Part shown: positions 10,184-18,169 of the stretch, piece after piece
Layout of the letters: each line of letters begins with the position of its first letter
Numbering within the stretch: the first letter of the stretch is position 1
From: Thermodesulfovibrionales bacterium
GTDB taxonomy: Bacteria; Nitrospirota; Thermodesulfovibrionia; Thermodesulfovibrionales; SM23-35
Assembly (NCBI GenBank): GCA_049302065.1
Contig: JBAQLU010000126.1
Coordinates: forward strand, 7,475-71,474
DNA length: 64,000 nucleotides
Direction of reading: 5' to 3'
Program-made: the position numbers and the translations under genes
The notes under the pieces: generated by a model
What the model saw: the letters and a program-made list of their open reading frames with translations, nothing else
Database searches by the model: none
What the model was told of the DNA's origin: nothing

Positions 10184-12841
10184 TTATGGAATAGGCCCAT
10201 AAGCTATATTGTTATCGTCCTCATTTGCCTCTAAAACTGAATTATCTTCATCAATCACTGCGATGATATATTTATCAGTTGCCGAAATGCCTGACAGCAA
10301 ACTGTAACTCAAATTCATTTTCTTACTTTTGCCTACCTTCAAAGTTCCAGTTGATATCTGTTTCAGGAATGTATCACCTGCATCATAGACGTTATCGTCA
10401 GAAAGATAAAACCTCACGAAACAAGAGGTAGCATCCTGCCCGCCAGTATTCTGAATATTAAATGCCCCTCTAATCTTGCACTTTTCCCCCTTACACTGCT
10501 GTGTCAGCAATGTCCACATTCCTGTGAGGTTAGCCCGTAGTATAGGCCCATAGATAAAAATATTGTTGCTTTCGTTAGCTTCCATAACGGTATTGTCTGG
10601 ATCAACAACAGCAATGATATATTTATCAGTTGCCGAAATACCTGACGGTAAACTGTAACTCAAACTGATGCTTTTACTTTTACCAACCTTAAGAGTCCCT
10701 GTTTTTGCTTCCTTAAGAAAACGATAGGCTTCATAATAGACACCATCGTCTGAAAGATAGAATCTTACTAATGAAGATAGAGCATCCCTATTACCAATAT
10801 TCTGAACATTGAATTTTCCATTAATTTTGCAATTGGCTCTGTTGCATTTTTGAAATAATGATATCCATGATCCCGTGATATCAGCACCCGACCCTCCTTT
10901 TAAGTTCACCGTAACATTTGGTTCATCTAAATCATTGGAGGGTATGTTGAGAATTGAATCAAATGAACCTGTGGATGTCGGAGAGAAAATTACATTAACT
11001 GTACAGTTGGCTGATGGAGTCACTGTCTGTCCTGAACAGGTGTCATTCTGTTTTATAAATTGAGAGGCATCATGTCCTGTTATAGAAAGCGTTCCTATTA
11101 CAAGATTCCCACTGCCTGTGTTTGAGATGGTAAGTGTTTGAGGCATTGATGAATCACCTACGGGAATGTTAGCAAATACTTGTGTTACAGGATCTACAGA
11201 TATATCAGGTTCATTCGAGGTTTGTTGATTAAAATTTACTGTTACGGTTCTGTTAGCGTTCATAGTAATAGATGCGGTTGTGCCATTACTTGAATCTACT
11301 CCGTCCCATAAATTAAAAGTATAGTCAGAATTTTGACTTGCAGTTAATGTTACTTGCTCGTTAGGACAATAGTTGGCTTTGTCTGGATTCTTTGTGACTG
11401 TTCCTGAACCTGGCGGATTGATATTGATTATGAGACTTCGATCACAATTCTGGCTGAAATTGGCTGTGACGTTTTTATTACCGTTCATGGCGACAGTGCA
11501 AGTATTTCCAGATATGCTGTCACAACCACTCCAAGCACTGAATATATACCCACTATCTGCTGTAGCTGTAAGCGTTACTATAGTGTCTTTATCAAAAGTC
11601 TCAGAACAATCTAAACCACAATTTATTCCTGATGGATTGCTGGTTACTATGCCACTGCCAATTGTGCTGAAGTTTAAAACATAATATTCTGTGTCTTCTG
11701 TTGTAAATGCCCATGTATAGATGCTGGATAAAGATTTTCCCATCAAACTTTTTGCCTCAGTTGTTATAGTCATCGTATAAATTTTGTTATGTTGCAGGGC
11801 AGACGATGGTATGAAAATAGCTATATTAGTCGTAGGATCATAGGTTACAGATCCCATAACTCCTTCACTCATTAGAAAGGTAGCAGCATTAATGGTAGTT
11901 GAATCCATTGCTTCACTGAAAATAGCATTTATAGAACTATTGACTGGAACATCATTGGTCATATGTTCTGATGGAGTTATTGAAATTACTGCAAGAGGCG
12001 TATCTATATGTGGACTATTTAGAATGGGTAAATAATTTATGTAGTCATCACAAGCTAAATCGTCATTTTTATCATAAATCATATTATCAATTACGCTCGT
12101 ATCTGTTGTATTCCAATAATTATTAATAGCCGTCATTGAAGCAGGATGGTATCCCAGAGGCAACTGTAGGGCAATTCTGTCTGTACTTAAAAAGCTATTA
12201 TTTTCAACTATAATCTGAGCATAATAGTTCGCCCAAACTTTTACTACACATGGCATATTTTTATAAAAAATATTATTTATTATATAAACATTTGCAGTAT
12301 TAGTTACGATACTTATTTCATTCGTATTAGTAAAAATATTCCTTTCTATGTAACAATCAGAAGTTGGATACCATAAATGGATTTCAGGTATGTTGTTAAG
12401 TTTAGAATCGCTTAAGTTTAAACTGCCGTATATGCCATATCCCGTGGGGGAATATAAACTTCCACCATTTATTTTAGAAAATTTGATATTAATCAAAAAT
12501 GGTTCATCAGGCTTATTAATTCCAGGCTTTATTTTCACATTATTGAATACAATCTTTTGTGTATCGGTTCCTACAGCATCTAATAATCCCCAGACTTGAA
12601 TTGCAACATGATGCCCTTCTACTAAAACACCTGGTTCAATAGACAAGGTTGCACCGTAAGCAACCTGCACATCGCTTGTAAGATTGTATGGAGAATTACC
12701 TGAAGTCCAAGTTGTATCATTGTTAATTATTCCACCAACATTAGTATCAGCCCATATTTGAGCTGAAGATAGAAGAATGACAGAAAGGCAGGCTAAAAAA
12801 CAGGCAAGAAAACGTTTTTTTAAATTATGCATATTCGCCAC
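10184..12841 (-). CDS. large secreted multi-domain protein (beta-helix, SbsA-type Ig, two bacterial-repeat domains, HYDIN/choice-of-anchor-D-like, two CARDB-like repeats)
   Basis: 885 aa. GTG start and a signal peptide. GSGxVTSNPSGINCG-type repeats. Two C-terminal units of about 117 aa with high identity (SATDKYIIAV.D.DN.V.EANE). Confidence 0.8.
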   Translation of the reverse strand: MANMHNLKKRFLACFLACLSVILLSSAQIWADTNVGGIINNDTTWTSGNSPYNLTSDVQVAYGATLSIEPGVLVEGHHVAIQVWGLLDAVGTDTQKIVFNNVKIKPGINKPDEPFLINIKFSKINGGSLYSPTGYGIYGSLNLSDSKLNNIPEIHLWYPTSDCYIERNIFTNTNEISIVTNTANVYIINNIFYKNMPCVVKVWANYYAQIIVENNSFLSTDRIALQLPLGYHPASMTAINNYWNTTDTSVIDNMIYDKNDDLACDDYINYLPILNSPHIDTPLAVISITPSEHMTNDVPVNSSINAIFSEAMDSTTINAATFLMSEGVMGSVTYDPTTNIAIFIPSSALQHNKIYTMTITTEAKSLMGKSLSSIYTWAFTTEDTEYYVLNFSTIGSGIVTSNPSGINCGLDCSETFDKDTIVTLTATADSGYIFSAWSGCDSISGNTCTVAMNGNKNVTANFSQNCDRSLIININPPGSGTVTKNPDKANYCPNEQVTLTASQNSDYTFNLWDGVDSSNGTTASITMNANRTVTVNFNQQTSNEPDISVDPVTQVFANIPVGDSSMPQTLTISNTGSGNLVIGTLSITGHDASQFIKQNDTCSGQTVTPSANCTVNVIFSPTSTGSFDSILNIPSNDLDEPNVTVNLKGGSGADITGSWISLFQKCNRANCKINGKFNVQNIGNRDALSSLVRFYLSDDGVYYEAYRFLKEAKTGTLKVGKSKSISLSYSLPSGISATDKYIIAVVDPDNTVMEANESNNIFIYGPILRANLTGMWTLLTQQCKGEKCKIRGAFNIQNTGGQDATSCFVRFYLSDDNVYDAGDTFLKQISTGTLKVGKSKKMNLSYSLLSGISATDKYIIAVIDEDNSVLEANEDDNNIAYGPIP

Positions 12842-12949
12842 CCGTTTTATGAATGAGTTAGCTTTAATAAGAACGCCAATTTAATGTTGTTATATTATTG
12901 GATCTTCTCATAAAAGTAAAGAGAAGGTAGGAATATGCATGTGATGTCC

Positions 12950-12977
12950 TTTCCAAAAGACACCGCTGTGATATAAT
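12950..12977 (+). promoter_or_regulatory. putative extended -10 promoter for the small-ORF/SIR2 operon
   Basis: TGaTATAAT at 12969-12977 with TTTCCA 16 nt upstream. 43 nt upstream of ATG 13020, which is preceded by GGGGAGG. Confidence 0.35.
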
Positions 12978-13019
12978 CAGTTTATTATATGATGTAAATA
13001 ATTTTGGGGAGGTAAGTAT

Positions 13020-13454
13020 ATGTATCACATTACTGGCAAAATTTATGGACTTGAGCTTAAGAAAGAATCTAAGAAAGAATCTAAGAAAGAATCCTTAATG
13101 ATCTCCGTGCTGATCTCAGTTGATAAATCATTGGTCAAGAAAATTAATAAGAAATATTTTGTTCCTTTTGTTTTTAGCACTGCCAAGGCTGATGCTGAGG
13201 CTGAGGCTAAGGCTGATGCTGAGGCTAAGGCTGATCTTTTCGAAGTATCTAAAAGGGAAAATGAATATAGTTTAACTGTGCAAGAGGAGAAATATAGTTT
13301 GACTATTAATCTGGGTGAGAAGCATAGCAGCCTACTATCACAATCAAGCGTAATTGGCAAAACTGCGTCCATTATTTTCAACGGACCCATTAATAAGACC
13401 AATGATCTCGGAATTAATGAATCGAGTATCAAGAAATTCGTTATCACCGAATAA
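13020..13454 (+). CDS. hypothetical repeat-rich small protein (144 aa), no recognisable domain
   Basis: Strong SD (GGGGAGG) 7 nt upstream. Contains KKES x3 and AKADAEAE-type in-frame tandem repeats. Same strand as the SIR2-like gene and 33 nt upstream of it. Confidence 0.5.
   Translation: MYHITGKIYGLELKKESKKESKKESLMISVLISVDKSLVKKINKKYFVPFVFSTAKADAEAEAKADAEAKADLFEVSKRENEYSLTVQEEKYSLTINLGEKHSSLLSQSSVIGKTASIIFNGPINKTNDLGINESSIKKFVITE
13059..13094 (+). repeat. 12-nt tandem repeat AAGAAAGAATCT x3 (in frame, KKES x3)
   Basis: Read directly from the sequence. The third copy ends in CC. Confidence 0.85.
13183..13235 (+). repeat. about 18-nt tandem repeat GCTAAGGCTGATGCTGAG, about 3 copies (AKADAE)
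   Basis: Read directly from the sequence. Same AAGGCTGAG-type hexamer vocabulary as the intergenic hairpin at 21872-21934. Confidence 0.8.
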
Positions 13455-13487
13455 AAATCATGATCTTCATAAATCTTATTTGCCTAA

Positions 13488-15215
13488 ATGGATAAGACAC
13501 TTATCATCGTCGGCGCTGGGATGTCAAAAAGCCTCGGGCTGCCCACCACCCCGGAAATTCACGAAATCTTGAGCATTCTTCTTGACGAGCAGTGTTGCAA
13601 GTCAAAGTCTCCTTCTTCTATCAGGCAGCGGCTTGATCACATAAATTCCAAAATGCCATTGGATGAGCCGGCAAGAAAAGACTTTGAAATGACTTTATCA
13701 TTGCTATTGGACGGTGACGGGGCACGGACGGAACAAGCTGCTGAAGAATGCCGCCAGCGCTCGCTGAACGAGTATTGTCTGCTGTACGATAAATACTTTC
13801 TGGATGGGAAAGTTGGCTCTTTCAGACATTATCTAAACCGCGTGTATCAAAAGTATTTGCTGATCGATCTCAAGGCGATAATGTGTTCATTGAAAGAGAG
13901 TTCTCCTGATGGGAAGATTGATCTCGTAAAAATACTGACCACTATTAATAATGCGATTGAATCAAACATTGCAATTCCGACAAAAGAGATTTTTCCAGAT
14001 GAAACAAAAGAAACCCTGCAACTTTATTATTGCGAAAGGGCCGACCTGGATGGCGCACTTAACATATACAGATTGCTTGTTTATAAACTTTTCAAGCATT
14101 TACTGAGAACCATGAATACATCACTGCTGAGCAGATACGAAGATTTTTTTTATCGGCTGGCAAAAGATTTCTCGGAACTTCAGACACTTAATGATGTGGG
14201 AAAATCTTTCCTTCGGGATAACTATCTTTCACCTTTTGCGTACCTTACATATAACTGGGACCCTGTTTTACCATTCCTCGGTATGAAAATGAATCAGAAA
14301 TTGAATAGAGAACTGCTTGAAAAAAGTCATGCCGGGACTTGCAAAAAGGTTTATATGGATTTTGGTTCTCCTTTTGCAGGGATAAAACTATCTGGTGAGC
14401 ATATGGAATCCGCGGTTTATTCCTTTAGCGAAGACGCAGCATTTCTCATTAATGCGTTTACGAAGGATTCCTATACAGAAAAATACACCGACGTAAAATC
14501 AAAAATCCTCATTAAAATTATTAAGCTATTTGTTCCGCATGGCCTTTGTAATATTCGGATTTGCCCACGTTGCCAAAATGGTTTCTTCATTTTCCCTGAA
14601 AACTTGGGCGAGATGGATTTTAGGTATATTTCCCGTTTATTTTGCTCAGACCCAATACCTTCCGAAGTAGATATGTCTTTTATTAAGGGTCCAGGCTACG
14701 AAAAAGTTAAACCGAAATATCTCAAGGGCTTGCCCGATGAACTTGACTGCCCGATATGTAAACACCCGGTATATTTTTCCAATTCTTTCATGGAAATACA
14801 GTCGATTATCAAACCGGAAAAACCAAGCACTGTGAACAAGATACATTTCGATTATGGTGATTTCTTCAGTCAGGCAAAACATGTTGTTTCGCTGGGATAC
14901 TCCTTTCCAAAGGATGATGTTATGAACAGTGTATATCTTCAGACAATGAGAATTCGGCAGGAGGAGTCAAATATTGCTGAAAAAGCAAAAGTGACTGCGG
15001 TTTTATTAAGCAGGAACCGAGATTTGCTTTTGAAGCCATGGTATTCAGTGAAAGAAACAATGAGGATATTAGGGGATAAGGATACCACCGGCACTCGCGA
15101 AACCATAGATGTTCTTAAAACATTTTTTAAAGTGGAAAACATAAGGCTGAATTTTATGGGATTTCCTTCAATACTTGATAATGTTGAGCTTAAAGATATT
15201 ATGATATATAAGTAA
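13488..15215 (+). CDS. SIR2-like (sirtuin-fold) protein with a 4-Cys zinc ribbon and an unassigned C-terminal region
   Basis: 575 aa. N-terminal LIIVGAGMSKSLGLPTT, LTYNWDP (TxNxD), VPHG followed by CPRC, a second CPIC pair, and LGYSFPKDD. Confidence 0.75.
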   Translation: MDKTLIIVGAGMSKSLGLPTTPEIHEILSILLDEQCCKSKSPSSIRQRLDHINSKMPLDEPARKDFEMTLSLLLDGDGARTEQAAEECRQRSLNEYCLLYDKYFLDGKVGSFRHYLNRVYQKYLLIDLKAIMCSLKESSPDGKIDLVKILTTINNAIESNIAIPTKEIFPDETKETLQLYYCERADLDGALNIYRLLVYKLFKHLLRTMNTSLLSRYEDFFYRLAKDFSELQTLNDVGKSFLRDNYLSPFAYLTYNWDPVLPFLGMKMNQKLNRELLEKSHAGTCKKVYMDFGSPFAGIKLSGEHMESAVYSFSEDAAFLINAFTKDSYTEKYTDVKSKILIKIIKLFVPHGLCNIRICPRCQNGFFIFPENLGEMDFRYISRLFCSDPIPSEVDMSFIKGPGYEKVKPKYLKGLPDELDCPICKHPVYFSNSFMEIQSIIKPEKPSTVNKIHFDYGDFFSQAKHVVSLGYSFPKDDVMNSVYLQTMRIRQEESNIAEKAKVTAVLLSRNRDLLLKPWYSVKETMRILGDKDTTGTRETIDVLKTFFKVENIRLNFMGFPSILDNVELKDIMIYK

Positions 15216-15360
15216 ACTCTTTCTACAAAGAATCCTGTTTACAGAAAGTGCAAAGGACTCTCCTTTCCCCAATCTAATAAGATGAGAATGTAGGCATAGG
15301 GGACGTTCTTAACTAATTGAACTATTGGGTTTTATACTTTTGGTATTTTAAGAAGAGGTA

Positions 15361-15487
15361 ATGGAAGGAATGACACGTCAAGCATGTCTATATGCACAGG
15401 GAACTCTCCATCACGTTATCGTTCGGTGGGATAGAAAAACGCACGATTGTCGCTGATGAAAAAGATCAAGAGGAATTTATACAATAG
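15361..15487 (+). pseudogene. remnant of a REP-associated tyrosine (IS200-like Y1) transposase N-terminus, frameshifted
   Basis: MEGMTRQACLYAQGTLHHVIVR continues in another frame as GIEKRTIVADEKDQEEFIQ*. This matches the usual RAYT start (R.A..Y..GT.HHV..RGIE.R.I..D..D...F). Confidence 0.5.
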
Positions 15488-15549
15488 AGAGAGCATGTAT
15501 GCAAATCTTTGATATAATAAAGTCAATTCAGGTTACAGGAGATAAAGCA

Positions 15550-15831
15550 ATGAGGGCCGTGAAACTAAAGGACAGCCTGTGTAAAGAAGCTGAAAGACTG
15601 TCAAGAAATCAGGGAACTAAGGTTGAAGAACTGATACCACGTGCCTTAAAGCACGGATTAAATGTGTTAAACGAAAAACAAGTCCTGGAATTGTATAAAG
15701 ACCGAAAGATAACCCTCCAGAAAGCTGCTGCTATGCTTTCTATAGACATATGGGAGATAATTGACAAAGTAAAAAAGGCGGACCTCCATATAGACTACAC
15801 AACTGAAGAACTGGCAGAGGATTTGAAGTAA
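15550..15831 (+). CDS. UPF0175-family antitoxin-like protein
   Basis: AGGAG lies 8 nt before ATG 15550. LELYKDRKITLQKAAAMLSIDIWEIIDKVKKADLHIDYTTEELAEDL matches the UPF0175 pattern. The track ORF starts at 15499. Confidence 0.7.
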   Translation: MRAVKLKDSLCKEAERLSRNQGTKVEELIPRALKHGLNVLNEKQVLELYKDRKITLQKAAAMLSIDIWEIIDKVKKADLHIDYTTEELAEDLK

Positions 15832-15938
15832 TGCGGGAGAAGGCTGTCTGCAATGCCTCTCCGCTGATGTTCCATGCAAATACAAATAATATCAAATTTC
15901 TCAGCGCATATGAACTTTTTATCCCCTCCCAACAATAG
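15831..15938 (+). pseudogene. truncated DUF3368 (PIN-like) toxin, 35 codons only
   Basis: MREKAVCNASPLMFHANTNNIKFLSAYELFIPSQQ* resembles the N-terminus of DUF3368 partners of UPF0175. It stops 3 nt before the next gene. Confidence 0.5.
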
Positions 15939-15941
15939 AAC

Positions 15942-16844
15942 ATGGAAAAATTGAATAACTATACCAAAATTCTTGCCTTCCCAATTCAGTCAGATAATTC
16001 AATTGTTAGCTATTCGACCCTGATGTGCGATTTCAATGACAGCTTATCCATAAATAATGAGCCTATACTGATTGATTGTGAAAACATCCAGTTCATAAAG
16101 CCGTTCGGTCTTAATCTTTTGGCTGCAATGATGTTTTATCACTTACAAAACGGAAACAAGGTGTTTATCAAAATACCCCTGGCCTCTGATGTCAGAAAAT
16201 ATTTGACTGACACGGGGTTTTTCCAGGAGTTTAGCATTGAACAGAATCAGGTGACATCTGCTCCGAGAAGCACATCGGTTGCTCTTAAAAGGCTTGAACA
16301 AGTAGATGGCACTTATCTTGATAACATCGCTCAGTGGATAAACTATAATGGTGATATTCCTCTAAGAGTCGCTCGGGATCTTGTATCCATAAGCCTCCTG
16401 GAAGCAATCAATAATGTGTTTGACCATAGTCACTCTCTAATAGGCTGTTATATTTCCGCACAGGCATACCACAAAGTAAAACAATTAACTCTTTCCATTC
16501 TTGACTTTGGGATAGGGCTTTTTAATTCTTTAAAACCTTTTTATCCAGACATTAGGGATGATTGCGACGCCATAAGCAAAGCAGTGTTGGAGGGCGTTTC
16601 GAGTAAGAGGAAAATAGAAAAAAGAGTCAGAGGAGTCGGGCTAACAAATATTAGCGGATTTTTATTAAATAGAGGTTCAATGGAAATAGTCTCCTATAAA
16701 GGATATTGGTATCAAAGACATGATGGAGTCATCGAAACGAAAACGCTCGTTTGTCCTTTGAAAGGAACCTGTGTTAATCTTTATATAGATAAGCAAAGTA
16801 TTATAGACATTGTTGAAATCGAAGAGGAAATATGGGGTGAATAA
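15942..16844 (+). CDS. GHKL-superfamily ATPase / anti-sigma-factor-like Ser/Thr kinase with an N-terminal STAS-like region
   Basis: 300 aa. N box LLEAINNVFDHS (about 16398-16434), G1 ILDFGIGL (about 16498-16520), G2 GVGLTNISGF (about 16630-16660). The N-terminal IDCENIQFIKPFGLNLLAAM resembles STAS. Confidence 0.7.
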   Translation: MEKLNNYTKILAFPIQSDNSIVSYSTLMCDFNDSLSINNEPILIDCENIQFIKPFGLNLLAAMMFYHLQNGNKVFIKIPLASDVRKYLTDTGFFQEFSIEQNQVTSAPRSTSVALKRLEQVDGTYLDNIAQWINYNGDIPLRVARDLVSISLLEAINNVFDHSHSLIGCYISAQAYHKVKQLTLSILDFGIGLFNSLKPFYPDIRDDCDAISKAVLEGVSSKRKIEKRVRGVGLTNISGFLLNRGSMEIVSYKGYWYQRHDGVIETKTLVCPLKGTCVNLYIDKQSIIDIVEIEEEIWGE

Positions 16845-17180
16845 ATGGAAATTTTGAGAGTAAAAGAACTCATAGGTGAGAAATGCACTGGCTACGATGA
16901 CGGGAAGAGGCTATTCACTCTTATTGATTCCTTATTGGCAAAGGGACCCTCAGTCAAGATAGATATGAACGGTGTAACTTTTACATCTTCGTCCTTTTAT
17001 AACGCCGCCTTTGGCGAGCTTGTATTAAAATATGGCGTGCCTTTCTTAAAAGAGAAACTTAAGTTTGATAATCTGTCAAACAAGGATAAGTTTCTTTTGT
17101 CTAAAAGCATATCGCTTGCAAAAAAAGTTAAAGAAGAGTCAATTTCAGATTTTTCAAAAACAACTCCTGCTGCAATTTAG
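16845..17180 (+). CDS. STAS-like domain protein (DUF4325 family)
   Basis: 111 aa. The start abuts the upstream stop (TAAATG). VKIDMNGVTFTSSSFYNAAFGEL resembles the STAS/SpoIIAA phospho-acceptor segment (D..GV.F.DSSG). Confidence 0.6.
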   Translation: MEILRVKELIGEKCTGYDDGKRLFTLIDSLLAKGPSVKIDMNGVTFTSSSFYNAAFGELVLKYGVPFLKEKLKFDNLSNKDKFLLSKSISLAKKVKEESISDFSKTTPAAI

Positions 17181-17220
17181 CATAGAAATAGGAATTGATG
17201 GTACGATCCCAGCTAACCAA

Positions 17221-17337
17221 CTATCCTTTCCTCACCCTCTCCACAAAGGCATTGACATCCCTGATCTTAACAACGTGGAAGGGCTTCAGGTTTTTCAGGT
17301 GAGGGTCTCTTGAGACGATGCTGGCAACAGGGTACGG
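17221..17337 (-). pseudogene. C-terminal remnant of a PIN-family toxin (no start codon)
   Basis: The reverse frame reads PYPVASIVSRDPHLKNLKPFHVVKIRDVNAFVERVRKG*, like the ..IVS.D.HLL.L..F.GI.I..P.EF.. end of PIN toxins. An upstream in-frame stop lies at 17338-17340. Confidence 0.4.
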
Positions 17338-17360
17338 TTAATATACTGTGACACTCTAAA

Positions 17361-17807
17361 CTATTTTGACAGGATATTTTTTGCAGCGCGCAGGGCGAGG
17401 AGGTAACTGTCGGGACCAAATCCGCTTATCTGTCCGACAGCAACTCCAGCTATAAAAGACTTCTGCCTGAACTCCTCACGCTTGTGGATATTGGATAAAT
17501 GCACTTCTATGGCCGGCCTCTCAACTCCTGCAATTGCATCCCTTATCGCTACACTCGTGTGGGTATATGCAGCAGGGTTTATGATCAAGACATCATAGTC
17601 GGCTTTTTGAATAATATCCAGTATCTCTCCTTCGCTGTTCAGCTGTATAACCTTAACATCAATGCCGAGTTCTGATGCAAGAAGAGAGATATCTTTATTT
17701 ATATCCTTGAGAGATTTGGCGCCATAAATATTTTTTTCTCTTTTGCCGAGCAGGTTCAGATTAGGGCCATGGATGACCAAGACCTTCTTTGATTGAAGAA
17801 TTCTCAA
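17361..17807 (-). CDS. aroQ: type II 3-dehydroquinate dehydratase
   Basis: 148 aa. [30 protein letters not shown], and [14 protein letters not shown]. Confidence 0.9.
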   Translation of the reverse strand: MRILQSKKVLVIHGPNLNLLGKREKNIYGAKSLKDINKDISLLASELGIDVKVIQLNSEGEILDIIQKADYDVLIINPAAYTHTSVAIRDAIAGVERPAIEVHLSNIHKREEFRQKSFIAGVAVGQISGFGPDSYLLALRAAKNILSK

Positions 17808-17812
17808 TTTGA

Positions 17813-18169
17813 TCAGAATTCCCCTTCGAGTTTCGGGATTGCGGTTTTCAGGATAAATCTGCCTTTGCCATAATTCCCGTCAGGCTTTATCACAAGGGCG
17901 AGATAGTAATCAGTATTTATTTTTCTCATGATGATCCCACACCTGTCTGAGATGATAGAAAACTCCCTAGCCTCTCCGAGTCCGAGATTGTCTGCTGCGA
18001 GGCTTATATCTTTGATCATTGCAGACGCCTCGGCGCTTAGTCCTGTGAGGTCCACGAGCTTTTCCCTGGCATATTCCTGTACAGACATGCCGTCTCTGCC
18101 GATGATCATGGCAGAAACAGCGCCGTCTACTTTATCAACAATATCTTCAAGAACTTCCAAAAAACTCAT
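17813..18169 (-). CDS. Roadblock/LC7 domain protein (MglB-like)
   Basis: 118 aa. Size and pattern typical of the Roadblock/LC7 fold. Confidence 0.7.
   Translation of the reverse strand: MSFLEVLEDIVDKVDGAVSAMIIGRDGMSVQEYAREKLVDLTGLSAEASAMIKDISLAADNLGLGEAREFSIISDRCGIIMRKINTDYYLALVIKPDGNYGKGRFILKTAIPKLEGEF

Noticed and set aside
10556-10561. My manual count of an A-run here gave one base more than the track translation (NNIFIYGP) allows, suggesting a frameshift in the 885-aa gene.
   Set aside because: The ORF track shows one uninterrupted frame whose length is a multiple of 3, and both ends checked in frame. I attribute the conflict to my own miscount of a homopolymer. It also shows that my hand-derived coordinates can be off by 1 nt.
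13059-13235. Possibility that the short tandem repeats are a CRISPR array.
   Set aside because: The units are contiguous 12-nt and 18-nt repeats without spacers. No cas genes are in the window, and I found no CRISPR-like repeat-spacer structure anywhere.
13043-13447. 134-aa antisense ORF mirroring the small ORF upstream of the SIR2-like gene.
   Set aside because: It has no SD, whereas the plus-strand ORF has GGGGAGG. Both strands stay open only because of the A/T-rich repetitive composition. The reality of either ORF still needs testing.
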